Below, piece by piece: positions 1-10,659 of a stretch of DNA of 64,000 nucleotides. Origin of the DNA: Candidatus Latescibacterota bacterium (GTDB lineage: Bacteria > Latescibacterota > CBDEFO01). Location of the stretch: assembly GCA_965248755.1 (NCBI GenBank), contig OZ252149.1, forward strand, positions 832,001-896,000. Direction: 5' to 3'. The notes beneath the pieces were generated by a model. The model saw nothing but the letters and a program-made list of their open reading frames with translations, did no database searches and was not told where the DNA came from. Position numbers and translations under genes: made by a program. Each line of letters opens with the position of its first letter. The stretch's first letter is position 1.

Positions 1-253
1 AGCTACTATATTCTTAATAGTTTCGGACAGTTCGGAAACGCTTATGTATTGGTTATCCTTTTGCCCGGAGGAGACCTTAAAGTTCATCACTCGTCTCAAG
101 ATCGATTGGAATCCCCCGGCTTCTTTAGGGGAGGGGAATCCTGTCTGTGGGGCCTGTGGAGATGCATTCGAGAAAGCAAACGGTATTGGGGAGGATAAGA
201 ATATCTGCATTTTATATCTCCTTTAGGGAATTACGAATCTTTCCAGTAGCGAT

Positions 254-844
254 TCATTTGATTTTCAAATTTACGATCTTCCTGCTCAAATCCGCGGCTA
301 ATTTGGGCCTCATGTTCGACAGGATTCCAGCCGCACCTCGTTCTTTCATGTTGCTTAGTATGTTTGTGACAGTCTTTTTGTCCATAGCTTCGATGATCGG
401 AACTACGCTTTGAGGATTCATAGATGCGAAGACCTTTGCAATTTGTTTTATCCTTTTAGCCTCGAAAGAGTCGAGCTGAATAGTAGACTGTTCTATCTTC
501 GCTTCTTGCGATGTTAACTCTTTCTCCAAAGCCGCAAGTTCTCTTTCTTTAGCCGCAACGTCTCTTTCTTTTACGGATAATCTCTCTTCCCGCTCTTTAA
601 GCTCCCTTTCCTTTACATCGAGCAGCGATTCCTGTACGGCAGAGGTGTCAACTTCAACCTCTGCTAAACTGGAGAATGTTTCTTTTGTTATCACGCCATA
701 TTCCTTTAACTGGGGAATGGCTATCAAGGTGAGAGAGAGGATCACCAGGAAGGAGCCTCCTGACACCAAAAGGTATTTGAGTGCATTAGTGCTTGGACCC
801 TTTCCAGCCTCTTCAGTCTCATCTATGGTGTTCTGATCTGCCAT
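254..844 (-). CDS. Flagellar FlbB/MotE-like protein (TM anchor, coiled coil, MgtE_N-like C-terminal domain)
   Basis: One N-terminal TM helix, coiled coil, C-terminal 'AKVFASMNPQ..ILSNMKERGAAGILSNMRP' repeats; directly downstream of fliJ. Confidence 0.7.
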   Translation of the reverse strand: MADQNTIDETEEAGKGPSTNALKYLLVSGGSFLVILSLTLIAIPQLKEYGVITKETFSSLAEVEVDTSAVQESLLDVKERELKEREERLSVKERDVAAKERELAALEKELTSQEAKIEQSTIQLDSFEAKRIKQIAKVFASMNPQSVVPIIEAMDKKTVTNILSNMKERGAAGILSNMRPKLAADLSRKIVNLKIK

Positions 845-878
845 CTTTAGTTTCGTTCCCCCTTCAAGACATTTTTCT

Positions 879-1334
879 TTAAGTTAGACCTAATCTCCAA
901 GTTAGACCTAATCTCCCTGCAACTTCATCCGTAAGGGCTTGCTCTTTTGATTCTACCGTTTTTTGGAACTCTTCAAACTTGCGCTCCTTGAGCTTTTCAA
1001 GTATCTTACGGTCTTGGGATGCTTTCAAAAGTTCCTCTCGTTTTTTCTCTTCGGCTACTTTTAGGTCTTGTATCTTATGATGCTGTAATTGTATCCTATT
1101 TCTCAGATTCTGAAGATATTGTACCTCAAGCGTCATATCCCAGGGGCTGACTTCTCCTGTAGCTTTACCCTCGACCTGATCCAACCTTTGGCGTTGTTCG
1201 GATAGAAATCGCTCAAGTGTATCCTCTTCTTTCTTAACCTCATTTCTGATGACCCCGAGTTGGTTCTTGATCTGATCTTCTATCGTAATTCTCAGATCGA
1301 GTACTCGTTGGAGGCGGAAGTTAAATCCCTTCAT
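879..1334 (-). CDS. fliJ: Flagellar export chaperone FliJ
   Basis: MKGFNFRLQRVLDLR N-terminus, 'LEKLKER..EQ..DE' C-terminus; overlaps the fliI stop. Confidence 0.92.
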   Translation of the reverse strand: MKGFNFRLQRVLDLRITIEDQIKNQLGVIRNEVKKEEDTLERFLSEQRQRLDQVEGKATGEVSPWDMTLEVQYLQNLRNRIQLQHHKIQDLKVAEEKKREELLKASQDRKILEKLKERKFEEFQKTVESKEQALTDEVAGRLGLTWRLGLT

Positions 1335-2365
1335 GCGGCGCCCTGCTCCTGGACGGGCACTATATTAGGCGATGCTATTTGCATCAAGGCCTCTACGCTT
1401 TCTTCCATTTCGGATTTCTCGTCGATGCCTTGTCTCAGATACGAATTTATGCGGTCGATCATCTCTATGGCTCTGTCTATCTTTAAACTGCTCCCTTTGA
1501 CGTACGCGCCTATGTTTATAAGGTCTTCAGACTCCCCGTAAGTGGCAAGGAGATCCATAACACGCGCTGCGGCAGATATCTGCTCAGATGGAATGATGTC
1601 GGGCATGACTCTGCTTACACTTTCCAATGGATCGATAGCCGGATAGTGTCCCGAAGACGCTAATCTCCTGGATAGAACAATGTGTCCGTCGAGGATAGCT
1701 CTTGTGGCGTCTGCTACTGGCTCGTTCAGGTCATCGCTCTCCACCAGAACTGTATAAAGACCCGTTACGCTGCCTTTATCGGAGCATCCGGCTCTTTCCA
1801 GGAGTTTTGGCAGCAGGGCGAAAACAGATGGGGTGTAGCCCTTGGTAGTAGGAGGTTCACCAACCGCAAGGCCTATTTCTCTTTGAGCCATAGCTACTCT
1901 TGTGACAGAGTCCATCATAAGCATAACGTTCATTCCCCGGTCTCTGAAGTATTCCGCTATAGTAGTGGCAGAGAGGGCTCCCTTGATGCGTGCAAGGGCG
2001 GGCCGATCCGATGTGGAGACCACGACGACAGATCTTTTGAGTCCCTCTTCTTTCAGGTCTTTTTCGATGAATTCCTTGACCTCTCTGCCCCTCTCTCCGA
2101 TGAGGGCTATAACGTTGACATCGGCCGAGGTGTTTCTGGCAATCATTCCTAAAAGCACGCTTTTACCGACGCCGCTTCCCGAAAAGATCCCTAACCTTTG
2201 ACCCTTGCCACAGGTCAAAAGTCCGTCTATTGCCCTGACACCTGTGGCCACGGGATCAGTAATCCTTTTTCTGTCCATAGGATTGGGCGGAGCGTTGTAT
2301 ATGGAGCGATCTTCATCTGTTTCTATATGTCCAAGTCCATCTATGGGATGTCCGAGTCCATCTAT
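1331..2365 (-). pseudogene. fliI: Flagellar export ATPase FliI, 5'-truncated by IS1380
   Basis: Walker A GSGVGKS, 'MMDSVTR', 'GEPPTTKGYTPS'; frame stays open (IDGLGHPIDG) up to the IS end at 2366; N-terminal ~95 aa absent. Confidence 0.9.
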
Positions 2366-3991
2366 CCCCCATTCGCCATATTAGACCCGAAAAATGGTTG
2401 TCAAAGTCGCCAGAACATGTTATATTACAATAAATAAGACTCATAAATGGCGGATAAATATTGATCATCCAGAGGGTGAAAGAATGAAAGTAGGTTTTGA
2501 TGGAGGAATAAAGCTTGAATTTCATGGTGCAAAGGTGACATCAAACGGTGGACTTCTTGCGTATCGTGACCTTGATTACGCACTGGGATTATTTGATTCG
2601 GTATCAGCGGTTTTTACCGATAAACGCACAGGCCGTAATATCCAACATGATATATCTACTCTCCTGCGTCAATCGATATACAGCCGTCTTGCAGGATATG
2701 AAGATGTAAATGACGCCGAGCGATTATCCGTTGATCCCGTCATGCGAGCGATTACCGGAAAGAAGGACAAAGGCAGGCAAGCTGCCAGCTCCAACACGAT
2801 AGGACGTTTTGAAACTGATATACTGACTCAGCATGACAATCTCAGAAACTTGTCAGATATCAATGGCAAGTGGGTTCAAAAAGCGATGAGTAAAACACAG
2901 CATCAACGAATCATTCTGGACATGGACAGTTCGGAGAGTCCGGTACATGGCCAGCAGGAAGGATCAGCTTACAACGGTCATTTCGGATGTACCTGTTTTC
3001 ATCCAGTGTTCTGCTTCAATCAGTTCGGGGATTGTGAAGGAGTCCTACTTCGCTCTGGTAATGTTCACAGTGCTGATCGTTGGAAGGAAGTTCTGGAACC
3101 GATCGTCAAGAGATACGAGAGCAAGAAGAATAGGAAATACTTTCGAGGCGATGCTGCATTCGCAAAGCCTGAGATTTATGATTATCTGGAGGGAAACGGC
3201 TATTTGTATGCCATTCGGCTTCCCGCAAATGAGATACTCTATGAAAAGATACGATACCTGCTGACTCGGCCAGTTGGACGACCGCCGAGGAAACCGATTG
3301 TATCGTTATATGAATTTCAATATAAAGCGGCCAGTTGGGATCAATCGAGGCGAGTGGTCGCCAAGGTTGAATGGCACCAAGGGGAGTTATTCCCAAGAGT
3401 GGGATTTATCGTGACCAACATGAGCGCCAAGCCAGAAGGCGTGGTACACTTCTACAATGGCCGTGGCAGAGCTGAGCAGTGGATTAAGGAGGGCAAGTAT
3501 GCTCTGAACTGGACCCGACTCTCATGCAAGCGTTTCGTCTCCAATCAGGTGAGGCTCTGGCTGTTTGTTCTGGCTTACAACTTGGGCAACTTCCTGCGAC
3601 GTTTTGTTCTTCCGAAGAAAATCAAACACTGGTCACTACGCAGCCTCCTCGTGAAATTTATCAAAATCGGAGCGAAGATTGTCAGACACAGCGGATATAT
3701 TACGTTTCAAATGGCTGAGGTTGGGATAGACAAGAGGTTATTTGCCGAAATATTATCCCGGATTGAACGATTGCGATGTTATTCTGTTTAAACTGCCACA
3801 TTTTTTTGTGAGTCGATGGAGAGGTGTCTCTAATTGGAGGATTTAAACACAAAGAAAGTGATAATTCAGAGGAAAATACTATTTTAATTGAAAAAAGTAC
3901 TTGTTGAAAAATGTAAAAGTGGTAATATTAATTCAGAAACAAGAATGTATCGAAATATAATCCCTCATGAATGTGATATGGGGAATGTCGG
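2366..3991 (+). mobile_element. IS1380-family element, copy 1 (1626 bp; transposase 2394..3791)
   Basis: DDE_Tnp_1_4-type transposase (LDMDSSESPVHG, FRGDAAF, YNGRGRAEQWIKEGK); imperfect IRs CCCCCATTCGCCATAT / CCGACATTCCCCATAT; flanks TCTAT vs TTGTA, so no TSD. Confidence 0.95.
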
Positions 3992-4439
3992 TTGTACTCT
4001 ATCTTGAATTTATAAAAACTCAAAAAAGTTTTGGATGTTTTGTCTCTCTCACGTATCTATAATACGACAGTGATATAAATTTCTCATAAAGTATTTGTAA
4101 AATAGTTGACAAATACTAAATATATGTAAAATAAATAAGATATGTCATCAAAGAAAGCTTGACAAAGCTTGGGAATTGTAGTATATGATACACATACAGT
4201 TACTAACATTATCCTGATTAAGCAAAGAGCTTGATGACTTCTATGCGGTGTCTTTCACGAATCCTACGTAACAGCCATAGGTAGTCCTAATTTGTTTGCT
4301 GAAAAGATACTGCTATTAACTTAAAAAACTTTCATGCCGGAAGGGGAAATGGTTTCAGGCAAAGGAAAGGAGGGAGCAATGCTGCAGAAAAGAGGTTTTG
4401 TATAACCGTAGATGGAACTTGTCTTATTATATGGAGTCG

Positions 4440-5525
4440 ATGAACAAAATGAACAGACAGGCATTAAGATTCTCTGCAGTTGTTGCTGGGATGATGCTTG
4501 TGATCGCGTGCACCCCTCTAGAGACTAGCACCGAGATTATCGGGCCGCTGATCAAGCGAAATATCACGGCGATTGCGGTGGCCCCTGGGGGAAATCCGGT
4601 CTATGTGGGTACTTTTGAAAGTGGGGTCTTCCGCTTGGACGCAGATACTGGAGAGGCGAAGGCGATAAATGACGGACTGGAGAGTTTGTTTATCAGAAGC
4701 TTGGCAATGGACCCTGTAAATGCATCACGTCTCTACGTTAGTTCAGGCAAAGGGGTTTTTCGCACAGAAGACACAGGAGAGCATTGGGTGAAACGGGATC
4801 TGGGGGTGCACGGTATCAACGAAATTTGGATAAGTTCTCATAATTCAGATTTCCTTCTGGCTCAGGAAAAGTTGGGCGGGGTTTTTCGAAGCAACGATGG
4901 AGGCGAGCAGTGGCATAGCTTGAGAAATCCTGTAACCGACCACGGAGGCAACGTTGGGACGGAAATAGTAGTGACAAAAGACGAAAGTACCATTTTTGTA
5001 GCTAAGGAAGATGTTGGAATCGTTCGAAGCAGGAATGGCGGTCAGACCTGGAAAGATGTGAGCCCCCGAGATCCGACCGGTGTCATGGCGTTATCTGCAG
5101 ATCAGAGCGTTCTTTATGCCAGCTCGTGGGAGGATGTCTCATCCCCAGGTGAAAAAGGGGTTGTTGTGTATCGCAGTCTGGACGATGGGGATACCTGGGA
5201 AGGACTAGAATACACACCAATTGTTACTGAACACGATTGGTTCCCTTGGGGAATAACTCTCTATCTCTTGCCCGATCCCGACGTACCTAACGTTCTTTAT
5301 GCGACTGCCTCTGATGGGTCATTCTACACGACCGATGGGGGAATGACCTGGCAGCCCTTCACCGATTTGAGATATGGTATTCTGTCTGGACTGATATTGG
5401 CAATAGACCCGGACAGATCTCGCCTCTATGTAGCAACGGTAGATGGCTTGTTCATCACGCCAACACCAGATTTTCCAACTGCTGCGGAAGCTAACTCGTG
5501 GGGCAGCATCAAGTCACTTCACTAA
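4440..5525 (+). CDS. Secreted/lipoprotein BNR (Asp-box) beta-propeller protein with C-terminal SWGxIK motif
   Basis: Signal peptide with 'VIAC' lipobox, repeated S/T-x-D-G-G-x-x-W boxes, ends 'AAEANSWGSIKSLH'. Confidence 0.75.
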   Translation: MNKMNRQALRFSAVVAGMMLVIACTPLETSTEIIGPLIKRNITAIAVAPGGNPVYVGTFESGVFRLDADTGEAKAINDGLESLFIRSLAMDPVNASRLYVSSGKGVFRTEDTGEHWVKRDLGVHGINEIWISSHNSDFLLAQEKLGGVFRSNDGGEQWHSLRNPVTDHGGNVGTEIVVTKDESTIFVAKEDVGIVRSRNGGQTWKDVSPRDPTGVMALSADQSVLYASSWEDVSSPGEKGVVVYRSLDDGDTWEGLEYTPIVTEHDWFPWGITLYLLPDPDVPNVLYATASDGSFYTTDGGMTWQPFTDLRYGILSGLILAIDPDRSRLYVATVDGLFITPTPDFPTAAEANSWGSIKSLH

Positions 5526-6009
5526 ACAGATTGACACGAATGATCAAGAGAAGCTCGTTAACAAATCCTTAGCTACTCATCGTTGATTAGGTATGCAGCG
5601 CAAGGCAGGTCTATTTCTCGACCTCCACATCGGTTGATTTGATGTGACGGACGCAATGTTTCGCGAAAGAAGATGTGATAGAACCAACGTAAGTAACTGA
5701 ACCCATGGGTTGCAGTCAAACACACCAAAACAGAGGAGGCCAATCATGTGCAGGCTGCATACCGTGCTAGAGATAGTATCAATGGTGATAGTTGGAATCG
5801 TCGCCTCGTACGCTTCAGGAAAGACGATCATTTTCGAGCAAGCGCTGGCTTGAGATGCCGGGGGATGTTTGGATTCATATCGGAGTCAGACCGCTTCTAG
5901 GTCGTAACAGCAAAAGATCTGCATATAGTATTGATACCAGATTATCCTTCGGAAATCGCGGCTAATTCGCAGGATACAATTAGGTCACAACTTATCAAGG
6001 AGATTAACG

Positions 6010-9000
6010 ATGTTGCCAACAAAAATCGGTATATCCTTGAGGCTAGTTTGTACGATGGCCTTTTGGGGCGCTTCTGTTTTGCTAACAGTCTCATCCATAG
6101 AAGCAACAAGCTGGATGAATACGTCGGAAGATTATCTGATTTCGGTTTCCGACTATGTGATACGCGGAAAAGCAGTGGACCAAGAGACGAAACTGGATGA
6201 GAAAGCACAAAAGGTTTATACCTATACCACCTTCGAAGTATCTGAGGAGGTAGTAGGAGTATCTTCCCGACATCCAGTGATAGTCAGAACAAGGGGGGGT
6301 CGTATTGGTGATCTAGAATATCATATACCCTAGGTGAAGCAGAACTTAGTGTCGGTGCACAATATTTCCTTTTTCTGCGGAAGGTTGTGGACAACGAGTA
6401 TGACGTCATCGGAATGAAGTTCGGCAAATTCCAAGTGATCAATGACCGGATTTTGGACAGAAATCTGTCTCGCCAGGAGTTTAGCGACAAGGTGAAGGCG
6501 AGTGCACGTGGTGAAAAAGTGCAATGGGGCACTCCATCCGGCAAAGTAGCCAAGACACTTGATAATAAGTTCACTAGGTGGATAAAGTCGTGGCTTGAAT
6601 CCGACTTGCCGATCACCTACAAGATTAATGCGGATGATGCACTTTATCCCAATGGTGACTCAATCCCATTGGATAGTCTTGAGGCTGTGACAGATCGATT
6701 CTTCGATACTTGGGAGAATGTCGGCCACTCCTATGTCTCCTTTTCGTACGGCGGTACAACTACTGCAAAAGAGGTAGATAATGATGGAATTAACGCCGTA
6801 TGTTGGTTTGATAAGGGCGATCTATCCGAAACTGCACACGTCAATTGGGTGACCAGCGGTATATACAGGATAATAGAAGTCGACATAGTATTTAATTCAT
6901 TTAGTGAACTTCCCTGGGATACTGTTGACCCACCGAGAGCAGATAAGGCAGGTACTTACGATCCCAAAGACATCCAGCATGTCGGCACTCACGAAGCAGG
7001 GCATCTCATTGGACTTTTTCACCAAAACAGCGACGCGGCTAATACAATGTATTTTAATAGTGGAGCTCGGCGGGCCATCCATTTCAGAACTCTGGAGCCG
7101 GGAGATGCTGCGGGGGCTTCATACCAATACAGGAAGGCTTACGGTACATTGTCGGGCAATACGGATTTGAAGGAATACGAGTGGAAGTCTCGAAACTTCC
7201 ATGTAAAGATGGTGGGAGATGTTACAATACCATCGGGAGTAACGTTGGACATAAGACAAGGTACGACAATCGAGGTATCTACAACGGACTCACAATCAGG
7301 AGGCGCCGACAACTCTAAGTGCGAGCTTATTGTCGATTATGGTAAGCTCAGAGCAGAAGGCTTCTCTGGCATTCAGATCGTTTTTAAATCTGCGGCTGGG
7401 GGTACGGCCAGTAATAAGTGGTACGGCATCGTCTTCAAGTCGAATGCTAACGACAGTAGCATCGTGAAGTATTGTGACATCAAGAACGCGAAATACGGTG
7501 TCTATGTCGATAATGCTGCTCCGGATATCTATAACAACACCATCACATACTCGACAGTAGGGATCAAGACCGTGGGAATGGGCAGCGGAGGTGAAATCAA
7601 GAACAACACCTTAAGCAATAACACCACTGGGCTTTCCCTTAACTCCGGTTCAGTGCCAGATGTGCATGACAATACAAGTAAGGACAACGCTAACATAGGG
7701 GTATATATGGACAGCAGTTCTCCTTCTTCGTTCTACGACAACACAATTAAAGACAACGACGGTGAAGGGGTCTACCTCTTCAGTAATGCCAGTCCCACAT
7801 TCGGGAACAACGTGATTACTAAGAGCGGTTTATGGGGGCTCCGCTTGTGGAACAATTCTGATCCGATACTCGAGGGCACGGGTACAACTGGAAGAAAAAA
7901 CGATATCTTTAACAACGGGGGCAGCGCGAAGGCAGAGATCTACTGCCAGAAGAACTCAGAACCTAAGCTTGGCCTTAGCTCTAATCCCGGTGACAATAAT
8001 ATCTACGATGATGCGGGGGGAAAAGTTATCTTCATCGACACAGGATACTCTTACGGTTCCATTAATGCAGAATTCAATTGGTGGGGGACTGATCCTCCAG
8101 ATCCCGCTGTACTCTTTTCTCCTAGTTCTGAAGTTGACTACGTGCCCTACGAAACAGAGTTAATCCCAAAACCTGTCGCGTTGGCCAGAGAAGTGTCCTT
8201 GCAAGAGGAGCGTCTGATACAAGCACTGCTGGCAGAGGAGAATCGGCAGTACGACGTTGCCGTAGGACATTACGATCAGCTTTTGCTGGAATCCTTTGAG
8301 GTGGAAATGGTAGAGCGTGCCGCCGATGGCCTTTTTCGGGCTGCACTGCATAGAGGAACAGATTTAAGCTCCGTAATCAGTCGGTTTGAAGCCCTGGCTT
8401 CGAGTCATCCGTCAGCCTCCGTGCGGCGCAAAGTGGTTGCTCTGTGGCGTCAGGCCCTGGTAGCTGATGGGCAGTACAATGCCGCTATAGCTGCGTATGA
8501 GCAGGAGATGACAGAAGCAGAGGATTTTGACGACCGGCTCTCTGCACAGAAGTCCTTGGGCGAAGTGTACATGTACTACATGAAAGACGAGACACGGGCT
8601 CGACAGTTGTTAGAACCGATATTGCGAGATTATCCGAATCACCCTGTGGCTTATGGCGCTTGGATGGTTCTTCTGGACGTAGAGGATTTGCCTCCACCGC
8701 CTGCGGGAAGAGAAGCCTCTCAACCAATCGCCTCAGCTTCAACAGCATCAGGAGCATCTTCAGACATAGGTCTGGAAACATCACCTAATCCGTTCAACCC
8801 GAGCACTACCATAAGGTTCCAGTTACCGGAGACAGTCCGGGTACAGTTGTCCATCTACAATTTGTTAGGTCAACGTGTGCAGGAGTTGTTGCCGGAGGAA
8901 TTACAGCCCGCAGGAGAGTATGCGGTAATTTGGAATGGACAAGACGAGAGTGGGCAACTAGTAGCAAGCGGGATGTATATTGTCCAATTGAATATCAATG

Positions 9001-9065
9001 AAAGGACATATACATTGGAAACCAATGAACGGACATATACACGGAAAGTCATGCTGATGCGTTAG
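6010..9065 (+). pseudogene. Secreted metzincin (matrixin-like) protease with right-handed beta-helix, TPR-like and FlgD-Ig C-terminal domains; frameshift near 6330
   Basis: Signal peptide and propeptide in 6010..6333 continue in another frame (GEAELSVGAQYFLFL) into 6387..9065; HEAGHLIGLFH zinc motif and Met-turn; PNPFNPSTTIRF..IYNLLGQ..WNGQD tail. Confidence 0.75.
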
Positions 9066-9091
9066 GTCGGCAGCATCATCTAACAAAGATG

Positions 9092-9125
9092 AGGGCCTCG
9101 GTTCTTAGCAGATCCGGGGCCTTTT
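9092..9125. terminator. Probable intrinsic terminator between convergent genes
   Basis: Hairpin AGGGCCTCGG...CCGGGGCCTT followed by T run. Confidence 0.55.
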
Positions 9126-9148
9126 CATATTCCTACATCTGCAATACA

Positions 9149-10366
9149 TCACGACATAAAGGTTTTGGCTAAGTGAAACAGAAGCTTCGGCTCTCTTATG
9201 AGCGCGGTTCTGAAGACTCTACCGACAGTTCTCTTTTTGTAGTCAATTCTGTTTAAGATATCAGCTGTTCTATTTAAGACATCGTCTCCAAGCTGCACCA
9301 CCGCCTGTTTGATCTTGTAGAAACGCCTGTTTATCTTGCCTTCTGTGTTTTCCCATTCCTCCTGGTATTCTCGTAAGCGTTCTTCACTGACATCTCCCTC
9401 AGCGACTGCCTGGGCTGCTACTCTTCCTGCTATCCTGCCGGCTTTCATCGCAGTGACGATGCCGCCACCAGTCATAGGGTTTACCTGATGAGCAGCGTCT
9501 CCTACGAGCATCAGGCCTCCCATTACTATTTTCTTCATGTTGTCTGTGCAGGGCACACCGCCGACCAGCGAGCTCAGCATCTGGGCTTCGGGATACTTTT
9601 GGGCGATGAAGCGGTCTAAATAATCAAAGGGGTGCTCCGTATCTGTGTAGTTTCCCGATATTCCGATACCGACATTGGCGACGCCGTCTGCTTTTGGAAA
9701 GACCCAGAGATAACCGCCCGGGGCCACGTTCATTCCCAGATACATTTGACAGGCATCCCTTTCAATCCTGGGGCTATAAAGAGTGTACTGGGCGCAGACC
9801 TCCATATCGCGCATTCTGGTGTTTGTCGTAAAGCCCGCTAATCTACCTATTCTGCTTTCGACTCCGTCGGCGCCAATGACTACTTTAGCTTTTATTTCGT
9901 GTTCTTCGCCTCTGAACTTTACCTTCACACCTTCTACTTTACCGTTGTCCATTATAAGGTCTGTCACAGGGGCACTAACGAGGATCTCGGCTCCAGAATC
10001 GGCTGCCATTATCGCCAAATCCCGCTCGAAGCCTTTTCTGTCCAGTACAAATCCTTCATCCTCCACGTGGACATCTACCTCTGTGCCGTTGGGCGCTACG
10101 AGCCTCAGACCATTTATGCTATTGAGCGCCCATTTAGGATCCGGGTCTATGAATTCTCGTAAGCCCGCTCCGCCGAGGCCTTCAGCGCATCGGACGGGAA
10201 CACCTATTTCTCTGTCTTTCTCCAAAACGAGGACACTGGCACCCTCAGCGGCTACGAATCTGGCAGCAACTAATCCCCCTGGTCCGCCTCCCACGACTAC
10301 GACATCGTACTGCTCTCTTTTCCCAAAAAAGTTCCTCGATACTTTTCTGGGGTCCTGTTCTTTCAA
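9149..10366 (-). CDS. Geranylgeranyl reductase family FAD oxidoreductase (DGGGPL reductase-like)
   Basis: GGGPGG FAD motif, 'PVRCAEG', 'APGGYLWVFPK', 'GDAAHQVNPMTGGGI'; probable TTG start overlapping the ferredoxin stop. Confidence 0.88.
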   Translation of the reverse strand: MKEQDPRKVSRNFFGKREQYDVVVVGGGPGGLVAARFVAAEGASVLVLEKDREIGVPVRCAEGLGGAGLREFIDPDPKWALNSINGLRLVAPNGTEVDVHVEDEGFVLDRKGFERDLAIMAADSGAEILVSAPVTDLIMDNGKVEGVKVKFRGEEHEIKAKVVIGADGVESRIGRLAGFTTNTRMRDMEVCAQYTLYSPRIERDACQMYLGMNVAPGGYLWVFPKADGVANVGIGISGNYTDTEHPFDYLDRFIAQKYPEAQMLSSLVGGVPCTDNMKKIVMGGLMLVGDAAHQVNPMTGGGIVTAMKAGRIAGRVAAQAVAEGDVSEERLREYQEEWENTEGKINRRFYKIKQAVVQLGDDVLNRTADILNRIDYKKRTVGRVFRTALIREPKLLFHLAKTFMS

Positions 10367-10539
10367 CTGAACCCCTCCAATGCTTGCACCGGGCATATCT
10401 TAACGCATTTAAGACAGCTTGTGCAAGTTTCGGTTATCACTATTGCATTTGGCTCTAAATCTATTGCTGTGTCTATGTGGCACACGCCTACGCACGCGCC
10501 GCAAAGATCGCATCTGTCTTCGATCCACTCTATAGGCAA
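10363..10539 (-). CDS. 2x[4Fe-4S] ferredoxin (58 aa; absent from the ORF track)
   Basis: Manual translation MPIEWIEDRCDLCGACVGVCHIDTAIDLEPNAIVITETCTSCLKCVKICPVQALEGFS; two CxxCxxCxxxC motifs; AGAGGAG RBS and TTG start. Confidence 0.9.
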   Translation of the reverse strand: MPIEWIEDRCDLCGACVGVCHIDTAIDLEPNAIVITETCTSCLKCVKICPVQALEGFS

Positions 10540-10659
10540 TTAGGCTCTCCTCTATTATTTTTCTGAAAGTAAGTGCTGGGCCCCCTAACACTGCGTAAAC
10601 TGTCAGGGAGTGGAGGCAGCAAGGCACGAAGTGGTCTCCCCTGCGAATCGGGTTCTCTT

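Noticed and set aside
4000..4300. AT-rich region with two TTGACA boxes and a possible hairpin or riboswitch
   Set aside because: Spacing to -10 boxes is non-optimal and no riboswitch consensus is recognisable
5746..5965. Small ORF with a good RBS and signal-like start
   Set aside because: Stops after 35 codons and has no recognisable family; possibly a remnant but not supportable
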